Part shown: positions 1 through 10,133 of the stretch, piece after piece | Position numbering within the stretch: position 1 is the stretch's first letter | Layout: every line of letters begins with the position of its first letter | Assembly (NCBI GenBank): GCA_049513715.1 | Contig: JBEKVV010000001.1 | Coordinates: 192,001-256,000, forward strand | Origin: Candidatus Bathyarchaeia archaeon | GTDB taxonomy: Archaea; Thermoproteota; Bathyarchaeia; 40CM-2-53-6 | Direction of reading: 5' to 3' | Length of the DNA stretch: 64,000 nt | Made by a program: the position numbers and the translations under genes | Notes under the pieces: generated by a model | Seen by the model: only the letters and a program-made list of their open reading frames with translations | The model's database searches: none | Told to the model about the DNA's origin: nothing

Positions 1-33
1 AGAAACTAAGGGACAGACAGGATGGTAGAATAA

Positions 34-918
34 ATGAATGAAATTTTGGTTGTAGATGATGACCCCGACGTCGTTAAGTCGGTTAGACTAATCTTGGAGA
101 AAACGGGATATCCCATCTTGTCCGCCCTCAACGGGGACGATGCACTGAAGGTTGTCGAAGCAGAAAGACCGGTTCTTATCATGCTCGATCTGGTTATGCC
201 TGGTAAGAGCGGGCTGGAGGTCTGCAGGATCTTGAAGTCTCAGCCGAGGTCAAAGAATATTCCCGTTATCATGTTCACCAGATCCGATCGAGATGTCGAT
301 GAGAAACTGACAAACTGGGCTGGAGCAGACGCCCACTTCAATAAGCCTGTCACGTCAGGCGACCTATTGGCAGAAGTGAACTCTTGGGTTGAAAAGGGAA
401 AGTCATGGAGATTCTCTAAACGCTTTGGAATGGAACATGACGATCTAACCGGCAAGAAAATCCTACTTGAGGTCGACCCTCGAACGGACTTCGACAAGGC
501 AATCGAGGATTTCGTATTTGAATGCAACTTTCACGGTGAAGTAACGGTTATCGTCACGACCAAGGGAAGCGCACTTCGACAAGCTCTCGAAGGCAACAAT
601 GCGGTCAAGTTCATTGACATGAATCTGGCGAATCTGACGATATTCCCGCCTATCTTGAATGAATATCCGAGGGGGCGCTTAAACATCGTCTTCGACAGTT
701 TGACGACTTTATCCATTCTCAGCGAATCGGCTTACAAGACGACTTTCAAGTTTGCCCAAAACGCACTTCAGGTGCTGGCTGACCGTAGGGTAACCGCGGT
801 CTTTCTGCTAAACCCTTCTGCCCACGAACCTCGAGATGTCGCAAGCCTAAGAGAGCTCTTCTCGAACCAACTAGTCTACGACGAACGAGGGCTAACCGCC
901 CAAAGATTCAGCAATTGA
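34..918 (+). CDS. Response regulator receiver domain fused to degenerate KaiC/RAD55-like domain
   Basis: N-terminal REC motifs ILVVDDD, LDLVMP, FNKP; C-terminal RecA-fold-like IVFDSLT and AHEPRDV..LRELF without an intact Walker A. Confidence 0.8.
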   Translation: MNEILVVDDDPDVVKSVRLILEKTGYPILSALNGDDALKVVEAERPVLIMLDLVMPGKSGLEVCRILKSQPRSKNIPVIMFTRSDRDVDEKLTNWAGADAHFNKPVTSGDLLAEVNSWVEKGKSWRFSKRFGMEHDDLTGKKILLEVDPRTDFDKAIEDFVFECNFHGEVTVIVTTKGSALRQALEGNNAVKFIDMNLANLTIFPPILNEYPRGRLNIVFDSLTTLSILSESAYKTTFKFAQNALQVLADRRVTAVFLLNPSAHEPRDVASLRELFSNQLVYDERGLTAQRFSN

Positions 919-980
919 ACTGCAAGACCAAAGATGAACGTAAACGCCGTTATCGAAGACAACTCTATGACCGTTGACAT

Positions 981-1122
981 CTAGGTGGCTACTCGCAGGG
1001 AAGGTACCAGCTGTAGCGGACCTATCAACCCCGCGGAGTAAGCATAGAAGAGGGGTGCCATAGTCACAGTGATGGCTATCAGAAACAGTGTGGCAACGAG
1101 ATACGCCTTTTCGGTTCCGCAT
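981..1122 (-). pseudogene. Frameshifted, truncated type IV pilin remnant
   Basis: Reads MRNRKGVS then, after a frameshift, VATLFLIAITVTMAPLFYAYSAGLIGPLQ; aligns with KKGIAEIVAVLLLILITVAGATILYVYSSGLLGSLQ of the pilin at 27355-27951. Confidence 0.65.
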
Positions 1123-1342
1123 AGGGTCAAGTCCAGCTTCGGCTGGGAGCTTACTGAATTGAAGTGAGGGTGGTCATCATAAAAGAAAACCGGTACAAAG
1201 GTGCCTAGCCAACGGAACGAATCCTGTGTGTGGGTCTAATGGGGTGTGGACACAGAAAATGATTAGATTCGTTGAGGTACAGGTGTCCTTGAGCTCCATA
1301 GCTGCTGCTAAGGGTGGAGGCTCTTGAAGCGTTTGGATAAAT

Positions 1343-1485
1343 CTAGGCTGCTCCGCCGGAACCCAAACTTCCCAGCAACCCAATCGAGAACACGTGGAGT
1401 AGAATGGCTGCGGCGGTCGCTATTGCAATCAGGAGTAGGGCTGCGATGATTTGTGAGACCGCCGGTTGTTGAGACGCCTCTTCAT
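1343..1485 (-). pseudogene. Frameshifted, internally deleted paralog of the major pilin
   Basis: ATG at 1485 gives MKRRLNNR, one base is missing, then AVSQIIAALLLIAIATAAAILLHVFSIGLLGSLGSGGAA*; closely matches the N-terminus of the 16290/17269 pilins and ends GGAA* like 17269. Confidence 0.8.
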
Positions 1486-1589
1486 GCCTCTCATCAGTAT
1501 GCGTTTGATTTGCATTTCCGGATAATTGGCCAGCGTAACCCGTGCTTCGCCAGTGAGGTGGCGATGGAATGTCCATGGGTCTCACATAT

Positions 1590-1886
1590 TTACGGTCCAT
1601 AAATCCTCTTGATCCCAGTTAAAATGACACATCCCATCACCGCGGAGAAGGTGGAGCTGAAAAGAATCCATACCCAGGGGTCAAGAAGCCAGAAGAGAAG
1701 TAGCAGGAGACCCCCAGCGGTGATTCGCGTTATCACGAACCCCTTCGATCCGAACCTGTTCAGGAGATAGCGCAGGACCGGGTTGACCTCACGAAACCCC
1801 TCACTCCGCCCTCGCCAAGTGACCATGGCATCGAGCAGGACCAAACTCATCGACAAGAGAAGAAGCGCTGCCGACACGATCATCAT
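1590..1886 (-). CDS. Small membrane protein, DUF5658-like
   Basis: Three hydrophobic segments; LDA..T...G..E.NP motif. Confidence 0.55.
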   Translation of the reverse strand: MMIVSAALLLLSMSLVLLDAMVTWRGRSEGFREVNPVLRYLLNRFGSKGFVITRITAGGLLLLLFWLLDPWVWILFSSTFSAVMGCVILTGIKRIYGP

Positions 1887-2543
1887 GTCATTTCATCGCG
1901 CCAGGTCTGTTCGAAACGTTTGGTTAGCGGGCTCAGAGTACTTTTGATCTGCAGAAAACGAACCCGGGAGCTTAATAGAGTGGGGACGGCTCCTCGTGAA
2001 ATGTCAAAAGTGTGGAACGCTTTACCCATCCGGGATTATGATTGACTTTGAAGCCCTGAGGCAGCACCTCAATAGCTTTGGGGACGAGAGAACAGCACAC
2101 CCATCCTGTATCAAAACGTGACCAACCCCAGAAACATGACCTACACTCTCACCGCATGACCAGGTACGAGTTCTTTGAGGTTTCTATTCCAGAACAAACC
2201 CCCGCCCATTAGGATGAGCATTTCCTCCACGACCTGAAGCAATGGGGTTGGACATACGACTACCGCAGCCAAACTTGGCTGAACTACGCCATTGCAACGC
2301 CCATTTTGTGAAGACTATCTTTTCTGTTCTGCAGAGATCTGATGCTGTATTTTCGATAGAAGAGGCGAACTATTCGGTTTACTGTTTGCCAAACTGATTG
2401 TTTATTGTCGCGAATTGACGGGTTCAGAAACTGTAGTGTTGTAATAGTCTAGGCAATGCGGATTGTGCCCACTTTTGGCTTTGTACACTGATTCGAGGGA
2501 AGGTGTTAACACATAATGGTGCTGTGTCTCTCAGAGGATTCTC

Positions 2544-3524
2544 ATGGCGTTCTGGGCGTTCCTTCCGCTAATTGCCTTGTCGGTTGTCGCTTTCCTATTG
2601 ACCTATCTACTCATGCCTTGGCTCATCGCTGCTCTGACGCGTGCTGGAATCGTGGGAGAGGACCTTCACAAGCAGGGCACTCCGAAGGTTCCGACGATGG
2701 GAGGAATCGGGATTTTTGTTGGGTTCGCTGCTGCGATGACTTTGTCGGCGGTCCTGCAATTGGATTACAGGTTGATGTTCGCAATCTTCCTGTCCGGCAC
2801 GTTGGCGCTACTGGCTGGATTAGTGGATGACCTCTTCAAGCTAGGGAAGATGACGCTTGTTGTCCTCACTTTCCTGATTAGTATGCCTGTCGTTGCGTTT
2901 CGGGCAGGGTCTACGTTGGTGTATTTGACTCCGTTTGGGCCGGCGGATTTTGGTTGGTTCTTCTGGCTTCTGGTACCCTTCGCTTTTGCGTTCTTGATGA
3001 ATGGCGTTAACATCTATGCCGGGTTCAATGGGTTGGAGGCAGGACTAGGCATCGTTTCATGTGTCTCGCTGGGAATCTGCGCTCTGATCTACGGGTCTCT
3101 GGAATCCGCGGCTGCACTGCTTGCGCTGAGCGGTTCGCTGCTTTCTTTTCTGAAGTGGAACTGGGTTCCGGCTAGGATTTTCATCGGAGGCTCAGGAACC
3201 TACCTGCTCGGAGCGGTTCTGGCGAGTAGCATAGTCGCGGGCACAATCAAAGTGGTAGGGGTCATAGCCCTCATGCCTTACATTATCAACTTCATATTGC
3301 GAGCACTCGACCGGTTCACATGGTCCGTCGGCGAAACCCTACCAGGAGATAAGGTTCGCAGCACAAAACGCAACGCTTTGTGGGCCCTGTTCATGCACAA
3401 CCATCCAACGAAGGAGCAGAACGTCGTCAGGAATTGTCTCATGGTTCAGATTTTGTTCGCATTAGGCGCCATAGCGTACGCTTACTACCATGTGAACTTC
3501 GTCATTCCACGCTTTTCGCAATAG
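2544..3524 (+). CDS. MraY/GPT family polyprenyl-phosphate N-acetylhexosamine-1-phosphate transferase (AglH-like)
   Basis: DLHK..VPTMGG, GLVDD, NGVNIYAGFNGLE motifs; about 10 TM segments. Confidence 0.85.
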   Translation: MAFWAFLPLIALSVVAFLLTYLLMPWLIAALTRAGIVGEDLHKQGTPKVPTMGGIGIFVGFAAAMTLSAVLQLDYRLMFAIFLSGTLALLAGLVDDLFKLGKMTLVVLTFLISMPVVAFRAGSTLVYLTPFGPADFGWFFWLLVPFAFAFLMNGVNIYAGFNGLEAGLGIVSCVSLGICALIYGSLESAAALLALSGSLLSFLKWNWVPARIFIGGSGTYLLGAVLASSIVAGTIKVVGVIALMPYIINFILRALDRFTWSVGETLPGDKVRSTKRNALWALFMHNHPTKEQNVVRNCLMVQILFALGAIAYAYYHVNFVIPRFSQ

Positions 3525-3602
3525 GCATTTTCGCCCACTTAGGGCAAGGTTCATCGGTAGGAGATCGCGTCCCATGTTTCAGGGATGGAGGTTGGATAGG
3601 GA

Positions 3603-3992
3603 TTGAGCGATGATAATTGGAGGCCCCGAAGGCATGTGTTCGGGTGGATTCTCGTCGCTGTTGCAATGTTGATTATTATTCCCATCTTGGTGTCTGCGGT
3701 ATTCTTCGTTCTCAAACCCGTGACCCGTGGTTTCTTTCCTTTCTTAGGGTACTACCCGTTCTTCTTCCCGTTCGGCTGGATCTTCGGATTCCTGATACTT
3801 TTCTTCCTGTTGCGATGGATTTTCTGGCCCTGGGGATGGGGTTCGCGTAGGAGGTATCGAGGTTACCGGGACGAGTACCACATACTACGCGTCAGATACG
3901 CTAGAGGAGAAATCACGAAAGACCAGTTCGATCAAATGACCCGCGACCTACAAGAATCAAACCAGAAAACACAGAAACCCACTTTATTATGA
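3603..3992 (+). CDS. SHOCT-domain membrane protein
   Basis: Two aromatic-rich TM segments then ILRVRYARGEITKDQFDQM. Confidence 0.75.
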   Translation: MSDDNWRPRRHVFGWILVAVAMLIIIPILVSAVFFVLKPVTRGFFPFLGYYPFFFPFGWIFGFLILFFLLRWIFWPWGWGSRRRYRGYRDEYHILRVRYARGEITKDQFDQMTRDLQESNQKTQKPTLL

Positions 3993-4455
3993 ATCCAGGC
4001 TGTGAATTGAAGTCACGTCTTCTGAAGGAACACGCCTGTCTGTTTTTGAGTAGACTGGAACATAGGTGAGTATCGTTTTCTTGGTCGAGAGCAATTCAAG
4101 CTTGAAGCTACCTCAGACCAAGGACTGGTCTGCGAGTTGCAGTATTGCAGCGCTAATCCGAGTTGCGGTCCTCCGTCTCCTTCCGGTATCTCTGTAGATA
4201 TATACCGAACCTGCACAATCTAGCTTGCAGCCTCGGCCATGACGCTTTGTCGGCTGTCGAGTTGGACAAACACCGCAATTCCAACTGGTCCGAGCTTGTA
4301 TATGATATTCCGGAAAACATGAATTGACTATACAGGAACTGAACCGGTCGATTGAAGATTATGAAGGTATGGCCGGCAGATACAGCACTAGTTACGTTTT
4401 CAGAATGTTTGCGCGGTAACCGATAAATCGTGACCACTGCTAGTAAGCTTGATAC

Positions 4456-5421
4456 TTGATGGAATGGCATCAATACAAGCGAAACCCGATTATGGCCTTG
4501 GGTCCACAAGGAACATGGGACGCCGCCTATGCCACATGGGCTTCCGTCGTGCAAGTCGATGGGAGCAACTGGCGAATGTATTACAGTGGTAAGAACAGAG
4601 GAAGCTGGTTGCGGGTCCCGCGACTAAGAATAGGTTTGGCGTTCAGCCGTGATGGAATGCGATGGGAGAAATACAATGGGAATCCAGTTCTCGATACTGG
4701 CAAAAGGGCCGAATGGGATTCTCTCGGTGTGTACTGTCCCGTTGTGTGGCAAGGTAGTGGCAAGTGGAATATGATTTTCACTGGACATAATCGCGGAGGA
4801 CACTATCAGATAGGATACGCTGAGAGCGACGACGGCATCTCATGGACAAAGTCGAACGACAATCCATGCTTCTGCGACCCCACGCTCGGCAAAAACCGAG
4901 CTGGGTTACCTGAAACTGAAGGTTGGGGGTTGTTACGATCCGACTCCAAGTATTCTCTTCTCTACAACACGGTGACGATTAAGCCGAGGCAGATTTTTGT
5001 GGCTGAATCTACGAATTTGATCGACTGGACGCCTCTTTCTTCTGATCCGCTGATCCCTAGTGAAGGTATGCCATCGGAGCTTGGTTACATGAAGTACTGC
5101 GCATGGCCTGCACGCGTGAAAGGGCAGTTGCTCGTCTTTGTCGCAACAAGCAATGAAGACTACTCCAAGAGTGCGCTCGGTGTATGGAAAATGAAGAGCT
5201 CTCTTGAGAACACAGAAAACGAATTTCTGGGATACTTGACCAATCCATACGAGGATTGGTGCGCCGCGGAACTCGATACGCCGTTTATCGTCGATGATAT
5301 GCTGGAATCAGATCGAGGAATCCGCATGTTCTACGGCGGCAGAGGGAGGAACAACAAGTGGTATGAAGGAACCGCTACTGCAATCCTGCGTGATCCATCA
5401 AATGCCCCATTTATCTTGTAG
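4456..5421 (+). CDS. Five-bladed beta-propeller glycosidase-like protein (GH32/43/130 type fold)
   Basis: Repeated blades IGLAFSRDGMRW..NPV, IGYAESDDGISW..NP, WD...Y.P.V. Confidence 0.7.
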   Translation: MMEWHQYKRNPIMALGPQGTWDAAYATWASVVQVDGSNWRMYYSGKNRGSWLRVPRLRIGLAFSRDGMRWEKYNGNPVLDTGKRAEWDSLGVYCPVVWQGSGKWNMIFTGHNRGGHYQIGYAESDDGISWTKSNDNPCFCDPTLGKNRAGLPETEGWGLLRSDSKYSLLYNTVTIKPRQIFVAESTNLIDWTPLSSDPLIPSEGMPSELGYMKYCAWPARVKGQLLVFVATSNEDYSKSALGVWKMKSSLENTENEFLGYLTNPYEDWCAAELDTPFIVDDMLESDRGIRMFYGGRGRNNKWYEGTATAILRDPSNAPFIL

Positions 5422-5527
5422 ACGACATGAGTTATAGCACACAGAACACAAGAAGCCCCGGAATCAAATTGCTTCATTTAGGGTGTAAATCTCAGCGGCG
5501 GAAGGACCTGTTCATTATTGAACTGCG

Positions 5528-6097
5528 GTGACTGCACAGATGAATCTCCGCAAGAAGGCATACCATCTCTTCTTGTTCCTCGACATGTCGATCCGCGCTT
5601 GGGGCCTTAGTGCCCGCAATACTCACATCGGTAAGGGAACAACCATCGGCAGAGGAACCGTGATACGTGACGGGGTGGAGATAGGAAAGAACTGCTATAT
5701 CGGGGATTTGTGCGTTTTCGAGGGCCAGACGACTGTTGGATACGAGACCTGCATAAACGCACAGTGCCACATCACGCGTTTCAGCAAAATAGGCAATAAT
5801 GTCTTCATTGCACCCTTCTTTCTGTCGACGAACGACAGCAGGATGAGTTACCATCGTAAAGGTCATGGGGAAAATCTCACCGGTGTAGTCATAGAGGACA
5901 ATGTCAGAATAGCAGGACATGTGATGACGCTGCCGCGTGTTAGAATTGGAGAAGGAGCAATCGTCGGCGCATACTCGCTTGTTACCAGGGACGTAGAGCC
6001 TCACACACTTGTGTACGGTATCCCTGCTGAAAGACATGATGATAAGAATGGCCTCTTAGGAGAGCATGTCGACCCGCATTTCACGAAGAGAGTGTGA
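5528..6097 (+). CDS. Left-handed beta-helix sugar O/N-acetyltransferase
   Basis: Hexapeptide repeats; IGEGAIVGAYSLVTRDV..YGIPA. Confidence 0.85.
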   Translation: MTAQMNLRKKAYHLFLFLDMSIRAWGLSARNTHIGKGTTIGRGTVIRDGVEIGKNCYIGDLCVFEGQTTVGYETCINAQCHITRFSKIGNNVFIAPFFLSTNDSRMSYHRKGHGENLTGVVIEDNVRIAGHVMTLPRVRIGEGAIVGAYSLVTRDVEPHTLVYGIPAERHDDKNGLLGEHVDPHFTKRV

Positions 6098-6228
6098 GAT
6101 CTGTCAGCGGTTTCAGGGTCAGCAGTACCTGTAACCGTTTCAATTCATGCAAGCTCAGTTGAAGTCGGTAGTCAGGACCTGAAGGAGGTCTGCATTGATG
6201 GAAAATGTTTTCTTAACGCTCGATTTAC

Positions 6229-7197
6229 GTGGTACAGGAGACAGCTGAGGTTCTGCTTGTTGATGTAATGATGTGGAACACTCAACCGAAAGTCACTATC
6301 GCAGTGGCAACGTATGACAGGAGCCGTCTACTTGCTGAGGCCTTGCGCAGTGTTCAAAACCAGAAGTTGGCTTCTTGGGAATGCATAGTAGTCAATGACG
6401 GCGGCGATGATGTTTCTTCTGTTGTAGCATCTCTTGGAGACGACCGCTTCAGCTACGTCAACAGCTCACACGTAGGAATGCCCAATGCTGTGAACATTGC
6501 TTTGAAAAGAAGGCGTGGCAAGTACATTGCCTATCTGGGTGATGACGATCTGTGGTACGCAAACCATCTGGAGTTGTGTGCACGTTATCTTGACGAAGAA
6601 TCTTCGATTGGGGTTGTTTACACCAAGACCGTGAAGCGGAGTTGTGTGTTGACGACCGACGGAGCACGGCAAGTTGTCGCCGATTTTGTCGATCCACTGG
6701 AAGAATTCTATCTGGACGCGCTTTCTTCTGGGGCTCCGATGCCGATAATATCTGTGGTTCATCGAAGTGATCTACTTGAGCGGGTGGGGCTGTTCAAAGA
6801 TCTGCCAATTGCAGAAGACTTGGAGTTCCTTCTGCGTCTTGCTTCAATCACTGAATTCGCGCATATACCAATAATCACCAGCGAGTACTTCGTCGACATT
6901 GGTGGAGAGAGCCGCAGTCACAAGTTGAAACGCACCAACCCGCAGTTCTACGGACATATAATGCGTTCAATTCTCAATGAGAAACCGGTTCTATACCGAC
7001 ATCGGAGGCTTAGAAGCGGTAGAGAGCTTGGATATCTTCCGGAAGGCCCAATCCTAGACAAGCTCTTCGGATCTGGAGTCTTCGCTTCTGCCCTGAAGGC
7101 ACTTTCGTACTACTACATCTATTCGCGCCGTTGGGGTTCACGAGCGGCACTCAGAAGGATGGCGCGTCGGATGCCTTCGGCGAGAAAAGATACATGA
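6229..7197 (+). CDS. Glycosyltransferase family 2
   Basis: VTIAVATYDR, VVNDGG, YLGDDD, EDLEF motifs. Confidence 0.85.
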   Translation: MVQETAEVLLVDVMMWNTQPKVTIAVATYDRSRLLAEALRSVQNQKLASWECIVVNDGGDDVSSVVASLGDDRFSYVNSSHVGMPNAVNIALKRRRGKYIAYLGDDDLWYANHLELCARYLDEESSIGVVYTKTVKRSCVLTTDGARQVVADFVDPLEEFYLDALSSGAPMPIISVVHRSDLLERVGLFKDLPIAEDLEFLLRLASITEFAHIPIITSEYFVDIGGESRSHKLKRTNPQFYGHIMRSILNEKPVLYRHRRLRSGRELGYLPEGPILDKLFGSGVFASALKALSYYYIYSRRWGSRAALRRMARRMPSARKDT

Positions 7198-7198
7198 A

Positions 7199-8362
7199 AT
7201 GGTCGCCTTGCCCGTATCGAAACTTAGGGTTGCCTTCTTTCCGGAATACTTCTACCCACATGTCGGCGGCGCTGAAACATGGACTGCGAATGTGGCAAGT
7301 TGCCTAACCACGCTTGGTCATCATGTCGAGATCTTCACTTACCGGATGCCGGCTGCAACTTATGATCAGTCGGTGTTTGGTGTTCAGGTTCATCGGATCG
7401 GGAGGCCATTCGTGATAGCGGGGTCCAGACCTTATTTCAAACGTTTTCTCATACATGCAACGGGTAGTTTTCTTGCTCTGATGAAGGGCAAGCGGTTTGA
7501 TGTTGTCATCGCCCAGTACACTCCACTTCTGCCGCTCAAGTTTGTGTCCCGAATCCGCGGGCTGCCGATTGTCGCGATCTTCCACGATGTATACGGTCTT
7601 GAGTCCAGCATTGAGCAGAAGGGCCTGTTCCGTGGGTTGATCAGATATGTTTTCGGTGACCTTCTCATCACAAGGCTCCGGTACGACGGAATCGTGGCCG
7701 TCAGTGACGCAACCGAGAGAAAGCTCAGACGTTTTCGATGCAAGACAACCCAAATCAAAGTGGTACGTAATGCCGTTGACGTCGACTTAATCGACTCAAC
7801 TGCAGCCCGGAAAATCCCGAAGCAGATCTGCTTCGTGGGCAGACTCCTGAAACACAAGCACGTGGATGATCTTCTACGGTCATTTGCTCGGGTACTGAAA
7901 CGAGAGCCAAATGCGAAGCTGATAGTGATTGGTGATGGAGACGAGAAGGGCAGACTTGTCTCTCTCGCTCAGGAACTCGGTATTGGTAGTTCAGTGAACT
8001 TCACTGGGTTTGTTGAGGATAAAGAGAAAATACGTTTGATGAAATCTTCAGAGCTTCTGGTTCTTCCATCAACTGACGAGGGTTGGGGTAATGTCATAAC
8101 CGAGGCAATTGCCTGCGGCCTAAACACAATCAGCTACGATATTCCCGCTCTCAGGGAGCAAACCCGATTTTTCCACAGCATAGTTCTCGTGCCGCCCCAC
8201 AATCTTGATGCCCTCGCCCGAGCCATAGAACACTCACTGAGCAAAGGCGATCACCATAGTGTTCTAGCGGACTCTGCCAAGGTCCGATCAGACTTTACTT
8301 GGATGAGAAGGGCCGAAGAACTGGAACAATTCCTGTATCAAGTCACAAAGGGACGCGACTAA
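7199..8362 (+). CDS. Glycosyltransferase family 4
   Basis: GGAE, FVGRL..HKH, PS.DEGWG..ITEA motifs. Confidence 0.9.
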   Translation: MVALPVSKLRVAFFPEYFYPHVGGAETWTANVASCLTTLGHHVEIFTYRMPAATYDQSVFGVQVHRIGRPFVIAGSRPYFKRFLIHATGSFLALMKGKRFDVVIAQYTPLLPLKFVSRIRGLPIVAIFHDVYGLESSIEQKGLFRGLIRYVFGDLLITRLRYDGIVAVSDATERKLRRFRCKTTQIKVVRNAVDVDLIDSTAARKIPKQICFVGRLLKHKHVDDLLRSFARVLKREPNAKLIVIGDGDEKGRLVSLAQELGIGSSVNFTGFVEDKEKIRLMKSSELLVLPSTDEGWGNVITEAIACGLNTISYDIPALREQTRFFHSIVLVPPHNLDALARAIEHSLSKGDHHSVLADSAKVRSDFTWMRRAEELEQFLYQVTKGRD

Positions 8363-8391
8363 ATGATGCACAGGGCACGTAAACGACTTCT

Positions 8392-10119
8392 TTGGGCGGA
8401 TTTGCTCGAATGCTGACCGCTCTCTCCGTCATATGGGCTGTCTTGGATTTCACCGCGCCGGGATTTGCTTGGATTCTAATCACAGGTATCGGCAAACGAC
8501 TCAGCCTATTCGGGCAGGCTGCTTTCTCCTTTCTGTTCAGCATATGTTTCCTAAGTTTCTTGACGGCGGGGTTTTCCGTTTTGACAGCCGATTACCTACT
8601 GTACGCTGGCCTTCTGCCTCTAACCTCGCTTGTGATAATCGTGGTCCATATTCTCAGAGCGGGCTTGCGCTCCTTTGAAGCGAAAATAGGAGATGGGAGT
8701 CTGCCACTCGCGGTTATCTTAGTGGTTTACTTTTTCGTAATTCTTCTGAGCTTCTGGTCTGCGCCATTCTACCCGGACACGGTAACCGTTGATCCTGCGA
8801 ATCACGCTCAATTCGTAACCGGAATACTTCAAGGGAAAGGAGCAAGCATACTGCTGAGGAGCTACTATCCCACTGGCCTCCACTTTACGGCAGCGCTCCT
8901 CGCATCCTTGATGCCGATAACAGCATTGCAGGCATTGCGTACCCTACTTTCCGTCGTGGCTTTGGCGGGTTTCATAATAGCGTACGAAACGGCTCAGGTG
9001 ATGTCTGGAAGCAAACGCTTGGCTGTTTTCGTGGCGCTTGTTGCAGCTTTCGCTATCCCAGTCGATCCAAGCCTTCTGATTTCGGTGGGTTTATATCCGA
9101 ACCTCTTGGCTGACTCGATTATTCTCATGTTGCTTTGGGCGATTCTCAGCTACTTAGCCCAACAATCTCCAAAACTGGGCGTTACGCTTGCGTTTCTGGC
9201 CCTTGCGGGTGTGTTCGATCACAGTAGTGTACTTCTCTTTCTGGGCGCCGTCTGGGTCTTCGCTCCGATCGTATACTTCCTCTTCAGGCCAAGATTCCGT
9301 GCCTACTTGGAGTCGGCTTTGTACTCGATTTCAATGCTGACTTTGTTCGCTATAATCCTCTTACCAATCTATGGAGGAAATTTAGCCCGCCTCCAAATCT
9401 ACTCTGAAATAGGGAGGCCATTGACTCTTCGCGCCTTCTCCTCCGTGTACCTCACCTTGTGGATAATCTTCCAACTGTACGCGGGCACAGTGGCCGTTGC
9501 TGCCATCGGAATCTCGATCATAGTGTTCGCGATTCGCTATCGGGGCCACCTAGGCCAATTGCTCTTGACCGCATGGACGGCTCTCCTAATGTTAGGCGCG
9601 TTCTTCACGAGCCAAGCTTGGAGGTTCGCTCTGTTCGCGCTGGTCCCAGGGTACTTGCTCGTTGGCAGCCTTATCTCCTCCTCGTCGAAACTGCCGGAGC
9701 TAACGAAAATTCCAGCAAAGAAAATCGCGCACCTAATTCCGGCAGCAGTTCTCCTCTTCCTAATTGCCGCCGGACCTTTTCCAACCCTAGTTGCAAGATC
9801 CTATAGCCCTGCGACGCGGGAGCGGCAAACCGCCATCGCTGACTCCATGCAATGGCTCAGCCAAAACGGATGCACAGACGGCGTGGTGAGCGTGGGATTG
9901 GGATCCGATTATCCATACCTACCGGCCCTGACTGGCCTTCGTTATTTCGGTGACTATGAAGAGTCAGCTGCCGCAGCATTGAATCAGTCCTCTGGACTTG
10001 GATTCCGCTGTGTTGCCGTTTCAGCCCAAGACCATTTCCTCCTAACCTACGGTTCAACTGCGGCGTTTGAACAGAAATACAGGAACAGTTTTGTCGTAAT
10101 TTTCACAATCAAACATTAG
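8392..10119 (+). CDS. Polytopic membrane protein, putative GT-C-fold glycosyltransferase, paralog 1
   Basis: Many TM helices; D..NHAQ, YPTGLHF, GLYPN..AD, H.S motifs shared with the two neighbours. Confidence 0.6.
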   Translation: MGGFARMLTALSVIWAVLDFTAPGFAWILITGIGKRLSLFGQAAFSFLFSICFLSFLTAGFSVLTADYLLYAGLLPLTSLVIIVVHILRAGLRSFEAKIGDGSLPLAVILVVYFFVILLSFWSAPFYPDTVTVDPANHAQFVTGILQGKGASILLRSYYPTGLHFTAALLASLMPITALQALRTLLSVVALAGFIIAYETAQVMSGSKRLAVFVALVAAFAIPVDPSLLISVGLYPNLLADSIILMLLWAILSYLAQQSPKLGVTLAFLALAGVFDHSSVLLFLGAVWVFAPIVYFLFRPRFRAYLESALYSISMLTLFAIILLPIYGGNLARLQIYSEIGRPLTLRAFSSVYLTLWIIFQLYAGTVAVAAIGISIIVFAIRYRGHLGQLLLTAWTALLMLGAFFTSQAWRFALFALVPGYLLVGSLISSSSKLPELTKIPAKKIAHLIPAAVLLFLIAAGPFPTLVARSYSPATRERQTAIADSMQWLSQNGCTDGVVSVGLGSDYPYLPALTGLRYFGDYEESAAAALNQSSGLGFRCVAVSAQDHFLLTYGSTAAFEQKYRNSFVVIFTIKH

Positions 10120-10133
10120 TTGAACCTCTAACT

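Noticed and set aside
1997..2120. Short CxxC ORF (VKCQKCGTLYPSGIMIDF...)
   Set aside because: Possibly a decayed Zn-ribbon gene, but there is no clear start or second CxxC
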